A stretch of DNA of 64,000 nucleotides from Candidatus Poribacteria bacterium (GTDB taxonomy: Bacteria; Poribacteria; WGA-4E; WGA-3G). The stretch is taken from the NCBI GenBank assembly GCA_965205015.1, contig OZ242029.1, positions 4,096,001-4,160,000 on the forward strand, given 5' to 3'. The translations under genes were made by a program, and so were the position numbers. This document shows positions 36,705-46,000 of the stretch, piece by piece. The notes below the pieces were generated by a model. That model was not told the DNA's origin. It searched no databases and saw nothing but the letters and a program-made list of their open reading frames with translations. Numbering within the stretch: the stretch's first letter is position 1; each line of letters begins with the position of its first letter.

Positions 36705-37529
36705 ATGAACACTAAAACCATCGGTAAAATCATCGGTATCCTTGGTATTCTTATTGTCGGTCTCATTGGGTTTCAGATGCTCAAAGTCCAGGCACCTGAA
36801 GTAGAAGAACCACAAAAGATCATTAAGACAGTGAGTCGGCGCATCACTACGTCTCCTTTCGTCAAGAAGACACCAGAAACAATCCTCAATGAAACGGTAA
36901 TGGATATACCGCAAGAAGATACAAACAGTGAGTCTCCTGACATAGAGACGACATCTGTTCCTGAAAGCGTGCCTACGGCGCAGAGCACGGATGCTGAAAT
37001 CAGGGAATTTCAAGCATGGCTTTTTTCGAGCCTCGAAGAGGAAGACGCTATTGAGGAAATAGAACAGGATGATTCCAACGTGGCAGCGGATGAAATCGAC
37101 TACACTTTAGAGAAATCCGTGATAAGCTCCGTGATTGAGGAGCAATGGAGAAATAGTTTCGAAACGCACGATATTGAAGGATATATGTCGGCGATATGGG
37201 AAGACGACTTCTTCTATGTCAGTGATATGGACACGCCCGATAATCTCGGTGATGACATAATATTTCGGGGCGGTTCAGAGGAACGCGAGGGAGCATTGAG
37301 AATGTTCGATGCCAACCATGCCATCGACCTGAGTCTTTCTAAGAACGGAGATACCGAATTCTTGAGTGAGACGCTTGCTATCGTTGACTATGATTACGAC
37401 CTCAAACTCGCTTCTCCAGCACACGGTGTATCTAATCCATCAGGACGCATGATTTTCGTCTTGGAACTTCGAGAAAGCGGAGAATGGCGTATTCTTGAAT
37501 GGTATGACTATCCAAACCTGAATCCATAA
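36705..37529 (+). CDS. Membrane-anchored hypothetical protein with C-terminal SnoaL/NTF2-like domain
   Basis: N-terminal TM, acidic linker, WRNSFETHDIEGYMSAI...GEWRILEW. Confidence 0.65.
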   Translation: MNTKTIGKIIGILGILIVGLIGFQMLKVQAPEVEEPQKIIKTVSRRITTSPFVKKTPETILNETVMDIPQEDTNSESPDIETTSVPESVPTAQSTDAEIREFQAWLFSSLEEEDAIEEIEQDDSNVAADEIDYTLEKSVISSVIEEQWRNSFETHDIEGYMSAIWEDDFFYVSDMDTPDNLGDDIIFRGGSEEREGALRMFDANHAIDLSLSKNGDTEFLSETLAIVDYDYDLKLASPAHGVSNPSGRMIFVLELRESGEWRILEWYDYPNLNP

Positions 37530-37550
37530 CAATCTCTCATGCCTAAAATA

Positions 37551-37597
37551 GTTAAACCTGTGAGTGATTGCTGGAATCAAAGACTCGCAGGTTTAGC
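37551..37597. terminator. Hairpin between convergent genes, possible terminator
   Basis: gttaaacctgtgagt...actcgcaggtttagc. Confidence 0.4.
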
Positions 37598-37621
37598 TAA
37601 TTCCTAACGCAAGTTGCCATC

Positions 37622-37678
37622 TTTGTAGCATAGGCTGTTAGCCTGTGTCTGTTTGTAGCATAGGCTGTTAGCCTGTGT
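37622..37678 (+). repeat. Tandem duplicate GTAG-type REP (27 bp x2, 30-bp period)
   Basis: tttgtagcataggctgttagcctgtgt twice; related pair at 58795-58850. Confidence 0.75.
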
Positions 37679-37743
37679 TTCCGTTATCCGCAATGTGATA
37701 GGGATTGTCCAAAGTTTAGTAAACCCTTATGCCACTCCCTCCA

Positions 37744-38958
37744 TTAAGTTGCCTCACCCACGGAAAGAACTTCGATTATCCTTCCAAACGGCTTATCCGG
37801 AAACAGGGACGCAAGTTTCTGTGTATACGTCAGCGGTGTGAGTTCTAAAATCTCGCCATCTATATCCACCCTGTAACGCCGATGCACATCTGCCCCCGCT
37901 TTGAGAAGTGCTTTGACGATTTCCAAGCACTCGTCAAGGGCTTCTACGGCTTCTCTTATCCCATACCACGTGCCTATCGCCACGAGGAGCGGAGACATCT
38001 CGTATTCAACAGGACGAAATATGATCCGATTGCCACAGACAAACTCCTGTTCAATCAGTTGCGGATTGGAACCGACATACCGTCTGACCCTCTCCAGATC
38101 GCCCATAATAATCGCAGCCCCTAAATCCGGCACTGCCCCGTTTTCAATCAGTAAGTTATAGAAAGGCATTCGCGGCTCGGCTTCAAAAGCGGAGTGATGC
38201 CACGGTTTCACCAGTAAGTCCATTGGGGCGTTGCCTTCAGCCTGTCCTGCCGTGGCCAACGATGGATCCGCTTCAATCAGGAGTGTGGCGATCTCTATCC
38301 GATCGCACCCTGCGGCAATTCCGAGCAGGCTTATGCCGTTCCACGTCCTTGATCTGTCAAAACGTTGTTTAAGCACCTCTGGGTTGTTACGGATAGCTGT
38401 CTCAACGTATTCACGGTCGTCCATAAGAACCGCCGCAACGAGATTCGTTGCCGCCCTGTGTTCCCTGAAGAGGTCATAGAGTTGCCGTATCGGTCTGAAC
38501 CATCGCGCTTTACCGAAATTGATCAGTCCTCTTGAGGCGAGTGCTTCGAGAGGGGTTCGTCCTTCCTCATCTCTCACAGAAACGAGCGACGGGTCGGTAG
38601 TCAGCAGTTCCTCTACGCGCTGCATATCGGTTTGTGTCAGATCAGGAGCCCGGAGTATTTGGAACAGGAGGTCTTTGGTGAGTATTCCCTCCGCGACTTG
38701 TTCTTGATGCAGCACCGCTTCCTTCAACCGCGTCCAACTTGCGAATCCGTATTCACGGGCAATCACAAATTGCGCGTCTTGCAAACCGAATGTTGTCTGC
38801 TGGATTTCTGTATCTGTGGCATCGGAGAGTTTTGGAAAGAACGTGCGAATCCGTTGAAACGCGTCAAGAGAACTTTCCTTACGCGCCTTCAGCAGCTGTT
38901 TCGCTTGCGACTTCAGATGTTCAAGGTTCGGATTGGAGGGCAGTTGTTTATATTGCAT
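37744..38958 (-). CDS. Ankyrin-repeat protein with N-terminal LPxxPNLEHLKxQAK helical domain
   Basis: LPSNPNLEHLKSQAKQLL...AQFVIAREYGFASWTRL; ankyrin-like GRTPL, SLLGIAA, EIVKALLKAGADVH; GAGGAG SD. Confidence 0.8.
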   Translation of the reverse strand: MQYKQLPSNPNLEHLKSQAKQLLKARKESSLDAFQRIRTFFPKLSDATDTEIQQTTFGLQDAQFVIAREYGFASWTRLKEAVLHQEQVAEGILTKDLLFQILRAPDLTQTDMQRVEELLTTDPSLVSVRDEEGRTPLEALASRGLINFGKARWFRPIRQLYDLFREHRAATNLVAAVLMDDREYVETAIRNNPEVLKQRFDRSRTWNGISLLGIAAGCDRIEIATLLIEADPSLATAGQAEGNAPMDLLVKPWHHSAFEAEPRMPFYNLLIENGAVPDLGAAIIMGDLERVRRYVGSNPQLIEQEFVCGNRIIFRPVEYEMSPLLVAIGTWYGIREAVEALDECLEIVKALLKAGADVHRRYRVDIDGEILELTPLTYTQKLASLFPDKPFGRIIEVLSVGEAT

Positions 38959-39085
38959 GAGAATCTCCTCTCGTTACACCCGCTGTCCGCATTTACAGGC
39001 ACAGAAAGAAGATTATAGGTATTCGGAAGAAACAAGGCAGGTTGGACCCTTCCCGCGGACTGGAGGCTTCCTTGTGAAGTTAACA
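38959..39085 (-). ncRNA. Candidate structured cis-regulatory leader RNA of the ankyrin gene
   Basis: ~125-nt 5'UTR with GUCCGC/GCGGAC long-range pairing enclosing GGAAG/CUUCC. Confidence 0.4.
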
Positions 39086-39091
39086 GTATAT

Positions 39092-39121
39092 AGGATACCA
39101 CAAGCGTTAAAGGTTTGTCAA
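39092..39121 (-). promoter_or_regulatory. Sigma70 promoter of the ankyrin gene
   Basis: TTGACA-N18-TATCCT with TG extension on the minus strand. Confidence 0.6.
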
Positions 39122-39164
39122 CTTAAAATAGAGAAAAGAGTCCCTATAGGGTCAATTCTCAAAT

Positions 39165-39211
39165 TGTCTGAATCGCGGATTGACGCGGATTATGCAGATT
39201 TCGCGGATTTT
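39165..39211 (+). repeat. TGTCTGAATC-(GCGGATTNN)n repeat
   Basis: tgtctgaatcgcggattgacgcggattatgcagatttcgcggattt. Confidence 0.75.
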
Positions 39212-39325
39212 TGGGACACCTTCCGGTCAAATCTACGGATCCATTGGGGCTGACCCACTTCAGAAGAAAACGGGAAGGTGAATACCAAAGCTTTACATAT
39301 CTTGCGCGAGTCCTTACGTTAATTC

Positions 39326-39354
39326 TTGATAATAGTTTATGGATGACGTATAAT
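39326..39354 (+). promoter_or_regulatory. Near-consensus sigma70 promoter of the defence operon
   Basis: TTGATA-N17-TATAAT. Confidence 0.7.
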
Positions 39355-39367
39355 TAACATCATATTC

Positions 39368-39763
39368 TTGAAATTTTGCCCTTTATCAGTAAAACGAATG
39401 AAGAATCGAGATATGAACACCATAGTTAGAACAGCGCGAATACTTGATAGTAATCCTTGCCTGCGGGGCTCGTTGGTCCTTTCAGAAACCATCTGGATCC
39501 CCGATTTAACAAGCCTGATCGCCCCCCCCCCCCGCTTTACAAACGATAAGCGTTTAGCCCCACAATATTCACCGATTCTACCAATATTCCGTCCCCGTGC
39601 CCGCGCGCCATTTCACCCGATGGCATCCAGCGCGGGTTGTTTTTGTTGTCGTAGTTTCAGCAACACATATCCAACGAATGCCTTACGCACAATCGCATCT
39701 TTCCCTCTTGCAGTCGCAATGATTTATGAACCCCCTCAGTTAAACGAAACCCTCAACTTTTGA
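39368..39763 (+). CDS. Putative leader ORF containing a C12 tract; stop overlaps the TTG in frame with the helicase
   Basis: Open frame (in-frame ATGs at 39398 and 39413), no recognisable domain, TTGA overlap at 39760-39763. Confidence 0.35.
   Translation: MKFCPLSVKRMKNRDMNTIVRTARILDSNPCLRGSLVLSETIWIPDLTSLIAPPPRFTNDKRLAPQYSPILPIFRPRARAPFHPMASSAGCFCCRSFSNTYPTNALRTIASFPLAVAMIYEPPQLNETLNF
39522..39533 (+). repeat. Poly-C12 homopolymer (candidate phase-variation tract)
   Basis: g-C12-g; longest homopolymer noticed in the window. Confidence 0.85.
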
Positions 39764-39798
39764 ATCATAGCAGCAAAACGTTCAGAATCAGGTTAACT

Positions 39799-42700
39799 AT
39801 GTCAAATCTTAAATCCAGCATCCGAGACAATCATAAGAGGGGAAGCGTTGGCGACTTCCTTAAATCCAAAATTGAAGATGGATCCTCCCTCTCAATTGTT
39901 TCCGCGTACTTCACGATCCACGCCTTTCAAACACTCAAAGAATCGCTCACAAAAATCAAAGAGCTCCGGTTTCTGTATGGTGAACCTCGCTTTATAAAAA
40001 GCCTCAACTCCGAAAATACCGACAAGAAAGCCTTCAAAATTGAGGGCGAAACCGAAGGCTTGAAATTCGAGGATCGCTTAAAACAGAATTGGATTGCCAA
40101 AGAGTGTGCCGCATGGATTCGAGAAAAAGTACAGATTCAATCCATTCAAAAATCTAATCTGATGCATGCGAAAATGTATCACATCGCTAAGGATGGTGTA
40201 GAAGATGCCATTGTCGGAAGTTCCAATTTTACCGTGCGCGGCCTTGGAATGAGTGCAACAGACAATAACATTGAACTGAATCTTGAAGTAGACAGCAACC
40301 GAGATCGCAGTGACGTGAAGGTGTGGTTTGATGATATCTGGGAGGACAAAGAACTCGTCAAGGATGTCAAAGACGAGGTGCTGCTATACCTTGAGCAACT
40401 CTATCAGAACAACACCCCAGAGTTTATCTATTATAAAACGTTATATCACATCTTTGAACGGTTTTTAGGCGAACAAGAAAAAAGTGGACTCCTCGCTGAG
40501 GATGTGCAACTCGTCGATACGATTGTCTGGAACACTCTATTTGAATTCCAGAAGGATGCCGTGAAAGGCGCGATAAACAAAATTCGGCAACACAACGGGT
40601 GTATCATTGCGGATAGTGTCGGTTTAGGCAAAACCTTCGAGGCACTTGCTATCATCAAATACTTTGAACTCCTGAACAACAGAGTCCTCGTGCTATGCCC
40701 CAAGAAGTTGCGGGACAACTGGACAGATTACCGTGCAGACAATAACAGCGAGCTGAATCTGTTCTGCAAGGACCGCTTTCGATACACAGTCCTCTCCCAT
40801 ACCGATCTGAGTCGTGATGGTGGAAAGTCAGGCGATATTAACCTTGAAACCATCAATTGGGGCAACTACGATTTGGTTGTTATTGATGAATCGCACAATT
40901 TCCGTAACAATACACCCGGTAAGAGAGATGAGGACGGCAATTTGATCCGCAAAAGCCGGTACCAACGGCTAATGGAGGATATTATCCAGAGCGGCATCAA
41001 AACCAAAGTCCTATTGCTCTCTGCTACACCAGTGAATAACAATCTGAAGGATCTCCGCAACCAGATCTATTTTCTCACCGAAGGTCGAGACGACGCTTTC
41101 CAAAAGTCGCTTGGCATTGATAGCCTGCAAAGAACCCTGGCAGATGCCCAGCGCACTTTTACCGACTGGTCAAAGCAACAGGACGACCGCCAGACACGTG
41201 ACCTACTGGAACGGCTCAGTTCCACCTTTTTCAAACTGCTTGACGAGTTGACGATCGCCCGTTCTCGAAAACACATTGAGAAATACTATCCAGACTCACT
41301 GAAAGAGCTTGGTGGGTTCCCGGAGCGCAACAAGCCAATTTCTGTCTACACCGATATTGATTTGCAAGGTCAGTTCATGTCTTACGACGAACTTAACGAG
41401 GAAATTTCCGAATATCAACTCTCCCTATTCAATCCCTCAAAGTATGTGCTGCCCGAGTACATTTCCCAATACGAGGACGGACAGATTGGACAATTTACGC
41501 AAAGTGACCGTGAACACTACTTGATCGGTATGATGAAGGTCAATTTTCTCAAACGCTTGGAAAGTTCCGTTCACGCCTTTGGAATTACGATGGGACGGAC
41601 GATCGAAAAAATCGAGCAACTGGAAAAACGGATTAAACGATTCCAAGAGTTTCGCGAGGAAAATCCTGATATGGATTTGGAAGATGTTGATATCGAGGCA
41701 TTTGAGGATGAAGATCTACAAGAGGCAATGCAGGTAGGCAAAAAATTAGTCTTCAAAATGGTACACCTTAATACTGAAAGGTGGTTGACAGATTTGGAAC
41801 ACGACCGCGAACAACTTGAGTTGCCTTATCTCTATGCAAAGGATGTTACCGATGATCGCGATGCCAAACTCGCCAAACTCAAGCAACTCATCGCCGAAAA
41901 GGTTAAACAACCCACAAGAAATAAAAAAGGAAGACCGAATCGCAAGGTTCTGGTATTTACTGCCTTCGCAGATACAGCCAAATATCTCTACGATGCATTG
42001 GAACAATGGGCACCTGAAGAACTCGGTGTCCATATCGGAATGGTATCGGGAGGTACAAGCGGTAATAAGACAACCTTCGGCAGGACTGAATTCAGCAATA
42101 TCTTAACGAATTTTTCACCGAATTCCAAAAAACGTCACCTGATGAAAACCATGCCACAGGACGAGGAGATAGACCTGCTCATCGGCACGGATTGTATCTC
42201 GGAAGGACAAAACCTGCAGGACTGTGATTATCTCATTAACTACGACATTCATTGGAATCCAGTGCGTATCATTCAACGGTTTGGACGTATTGACCGCATC
42301 GGTAACAACAATGACAGCGTCCAGCTCGTCAACTTCTGGCCCACACCCGACCTCAACCGTTACATCAAACTAAAAAATCGGGTCGAAGCACGGATGGCAC
42401 TCGTAGACATTGCCGCAACGCAGGGGGATAATCTGTTAGAACCGGAAGGAATTCAGGAACTCCTTGAGGATGACCTCAAATACCGTGATCAGCAGCTGCT
42501 AAAACTGAAGGACGAAGTCTTAGACCTTGAGGATTTCAATGAGAGTGTCGCCCTCAACGAATTCACGCTTGATGACTTCCGTATTGACTTGATGAACTAT
42601 ATTGAGAGTAACCGGAAAACGCTTGAAGACGCACCTTTCGGACTCTATACCGTTGTGCCACCGGATCCCAAGTACCAGATGATGACCAAAGGGGTTATCT

Positions 42701-43092
42701 TCTGTCTGCGACAAAAAGGCGATTCCACAGGAAATGAGAAGATAAATCCGTTACAGCCCTATTTCTTGGTCTACATTCGCGAGGATGGCGAGGTGCGGTT
42801 TACTTTTGCACAACCTAAACAGATCTTGGAGATGTACCGCTTGTTGTGTGCAGATGTGAAAAAACCGTATGAAGACCTGTGTACCTTGTTTGACCAGCAA
42901 ACCGGCAACGGCACGGACATGACCCTCTACAATGACCTGCTGCAGAAAGCAGTTCATTCACTCAGTCGCACCTATCAGAGACGAGCCGTCAGTAATCTCT
43001 TAGTGGGTCGTGGCGGCACGCTACCTAAACGACAAAAGCAGATTAGCAATGTGACTGACTTTGAACTCATTACATGGTTGGTGATTCAATGA
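39799..43092 (+). CDS. PLD-nuclease/SF2 (SNF2-like) helicase fusion, putative restriction subunit (alternative TTG start 39760)
   Basis: MHAKMY...GSSNFT (HxK PLD), ADSVGLGKT, IDESHNFRN, LSATP, SEGQNLQ, WNP..IIQRFGRIDRIG. Confidence 0.9.
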   Translation: MSNLKSSIRDNHKRGSVGDFLKSKIEDGSSLSIVSAYFTIHAFQTLKESLTKIKELRFLYGEPRFIKSLNSENTDKKAFKIEGETEGLKFEDRLKQNWIAKECAAWIREKVQIQSIQKSNLMHAKMYHIAKDGVEDAIVGSSNFTVRGLGMSATDNNIELNLEVDSNRDRSDVKVWFDDIWEDKELVKDVKDEVLLYLEQLYQNNTPEFIYYKTLYHIFERFLGEQEKSGLLAEDVQLVDTIVWNTLFEFQKDAVKGAINKIRQHNGCIIADSVGLGKTFEALAIIKYFELLNNRVLVLCPKKLRDNWTDYRADNNSELNLFCKDRFRYTVLSHTDLSRDGGKSGDINLETINWGNYDLVVIDESHNFRNNTPGKRDEDGNLIRKSRYQRLMEDIIQSGIKTKVLLLSATPVNNNLKDLRNQIYFLTEGRDDAFQKSLGIDSLQRTLADAQRTFTDWSKQQDDRQTRDLLERLSSTFFKLLDELTIARSRKHIEKYYPDSLKELGGFPERNKPISVYTDIDLQGQFMSYDELNEEISEYQLSLFNPSKYVLPEYISQYEDGQIGQFTQSDREHYLIGMMKVNFLKRLESSVHAFGITMGRTIEKIEQLEKRIKRFQEFREENPDMDLEDVDIEAFEDEDLQEAMQVGKKLVFKMVHLNTERWLTDLEHDREQLELPYLYAKDVTDDRDAKLAKLKQLIAEKVKQPTRNKKGRPNRKVLVFTAFADTAKYLYDALEQWAPEELGVHIGMVSGGTSGNKTTFGRTEFSNILTNFSPNSKKRHLMKTMPQDEEIDLLIGTDCISEGQNLQDCDYLINYDIHWNPVRIIQRFGRIDRIGNNNDSVQLVNFWPTPDLNRYIKLKNRVEARMALVDIAATQGDNLLEPEGIQELLEDDLKYRDQQLLKLKDEVLDLEDFNESVALNEFTLDDFRIDLMNYIESNRKTLEDAPFGLYTVVPPDPKYQMMTKGVIFCLRQKGDSTGNEKINPLQPYFLVYIREDGEVRFTFAQPKQILEMYRLLCADVKKPYEDLCTLFDQQTGNGTDMTLYNDLLQKAVHSLSRTYQRRAVSNLLVGRGGTLPKRQKQISNVTDFELITWLVIQ

Positions 43093-46000
43093 ACGAACTG
43101 CAAACAAGAAAAAACATTGAGCAGGCACTGAAAGATTTTCAACGCGGAGCGCTGGCAATGAACGCCAACAACCTGCTTAACGCACTCGGTTACGAAAGTG
43201 AAATAACAGTAGAGCTTGAATCTAATCTCGCTGAGGAGTTCATCTCGTATTTCGACCAGTTTGGAAAACTAAACCCGGAACGGGCAATGGTAGATGAATG
43301 GGAGTCTATTGATTTTCTGTTTCAACTCACAGAAGAAGAAATCTCCGGAACAGGTCAGACGCGAATCGTTTTTAAAAACAGGCAGCTTGACAACACGGTT
43401 ATTGAATCATATGTTTTCTTCGCGCTAAAGTTACGGGAAAACAATTACACTCGCACACAGTTGGCCAACATTACCCGCGAAATCAATAGACTGACACCGA
43501 TGCCTGCAATGATTGTTTTCCAGCACGGTCAGACTGTGAGTCTCGCTGTCATCAATCGCCGCCTGCACAAGCGAGATGCAGCGAAGGACGTGCTTGAAAA
43601 GGTAACCCTGATTAAAGATATCGATTCCCACGATCCCCATCCCGCTCACATTCAAATTCTCTTTGACCTGTCACGAGATGAGCTGTTTAGGGTCCACGGC
43701 TTCAGCAACTTTGTTGAACTGCATCGTGCCTGGGCAAAAACACTTGATATCCAGGAGTTGAACAAACGATTCTATCGCGAACTCTCCAATTGGTACTTCT
43801 GGGCAATGGATAATGTAACTTTCCCAGAGGACGCAGGCGAAAATGTAGATATCCGCAACGCCACCAGTGTGATTCGCTTGGTTACACGGTTAATCTTTGT
43901 CTGGTTCATCAAGGAGAAAAAATTAGTCCCCGACATCTTCTTTAATCCGAGAGAGATAGAGAAAATCCTTGTCAGCACCGACCCACAGGAAAGTACTTAT
44001 TACAAAGCTATCCTCCAAAACCTTTTCTTCGCGACCCTCAATCAGGAGATGAACACCCCTAAAAAACCCGATAACCGTAAATTTCGCGGTAAGGGACGAC
44101 AGCACTACAATATCACGTCACTCTATCGCTATGAAACGTATTTCACGAATTCAGATGAGGCACTGCGACACTTTGAAAAAATCCCGTTCTTGAATGGTGG
44201 TCTCTTTGAATGCTTGGATAAAGAGAACAAGGACAATCCCAAGAAAATTCTACGGATTGATGGCTTTTCCGATCGGGCAGATAACCAGTTATCCGTTCCC
44301 AATTTCCTGTTCTTTTCCGAGGAAAGGAATGTTGACCTCAACAGCGTCTACGACACAAAAGGCAAGCGGTATAAGGTCCGTGGACTCATTGACATCCTCC
44401 GCCGCTACAAATTTACGATTACAGAAAACACTCCTATTGAAGAAGAAGTCGCGCTTGACCCGGAACTGCTCGGGAAGGTTTTTGAAAACCTGCTTGCGGC
44501 ATACAACCCCGAAACCGGTGCAACCGCACGGAAGCAGACCGGCTCCTTCTACACCCCTCGCGAAATCGTCAACTATATGGTTGACGAATCACTCATCGCT
44601 TACTTGAAAGAAAGTAGCAGGCACACTCCGTTGTGCCGTAGCATTGATACTGATGCGGCAACAGAAACCAAACTCCGCCACCTTCTCGCTTACAACGACG
44701 AACCCCATCAATTCACCGATACCGAAATCGAGCAGCTCATCAACGCCATTGATACCCTCAAAATACTGGACCCTGCCTGCGGATCGGGTGCTTTCCCGAT
44801 GGGCATTTTACATAAACTCGTTTTCATCCTCGGAAAGCTTGACCCACGTAACGACCAGTGGAGACAACGACAAATTGCCAAAGTCGAACACCTCATTGAT
44901 ATGGCAGAAGAAATTGACGACAGCACGGTTCGGCGAAACACCATCCGCGACCTCGAACAGGAAAAAGACAATATCAATGAGACATTTGAGCGGAACGAAC
45001 TCGACTACGGCAGAAAACTCTACCTCATAGAGAACTGCATCTACGGTGTGGATATCCAACCGATTGCGGTCCAGATCGCCAAACTCCGATTCTTCATTTC
45101 GCTCGTCGTAGACCAAAGAATTGACGATGCCCAAGAGAATAGAGGCGTGCGTCCTCTGCCCAATTTAGAAACCAAGTTTGTCGCGGGAAACACACTCATC
45201 GGTGTAGAGAAACCGACACAACTGTTAATGCGCAATCCAGAAATTGATCGCAAGGAAAGAGAATTGGGCGGGGTCCGAAGGAAACATTTCACCGCCCGCA
45301 CCCCAAGAACCAAAGAGAAATACCGCAACCTTGATAAGCAAATCCGTGCCGACATCAGTCAATTGCTCAGGAGCGACGGTTTCCCCAGCGAAACGACTGA
45401 AAAAATTGCTAACTGGGATCCTTATGACCAAAATGCAGTCGCCGATTTCTTTGATGCCGAGTGGATGTTCGGTATCACGGAGGGTTTTGATGTGGTGATT
45501 GGCAATCCACCTTACGTCCGTCAAGAGAAGATTAAAGCACTCAAACCTGCTTTCAAAAAACACTACACCTGTTACACGGGTGCTGCAGACCTCTACGTCT
45601 ATTTCTATGAGCGCGGACTCCAACTGCTGAGTCCAAACGGTATCCATACGTTTATCTGTTCCAACAGTTGGCTGGATGTCAACTACGGCGCGCCGCTACA
45701 GAAGTATGTATTAGACAACACCGCGGGGGCGGTTGTCTGTCACAGTGAAGCAGAACGTGAGTTTGAGAGTGCCGACATCAACACCATCGTGAGTATTCTC
45801 CAAAATGGGACTCCCAATGCGGATTCTCGTGCTCGTTTTCTCACCTTCAAGACTTTCATCGGCGATCCAGATGTAGAGAATCGCCGTGAAGGAACACGCA
45901 CCTATACCGAGTTAGCACAAGCCGGCACCCGCGATAACAGATATGCAGGAGACAAATGGGGCGGGAAGTATCTACGCGCCCCTGACATCTATTGGACGAT

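Noticed and set aside
37622-37678. Possible mini-CRISPR
   Set aside because: Only two 27-bp copies separated by 3 nt, no spacers and no cas genes; GTAG-REP structure
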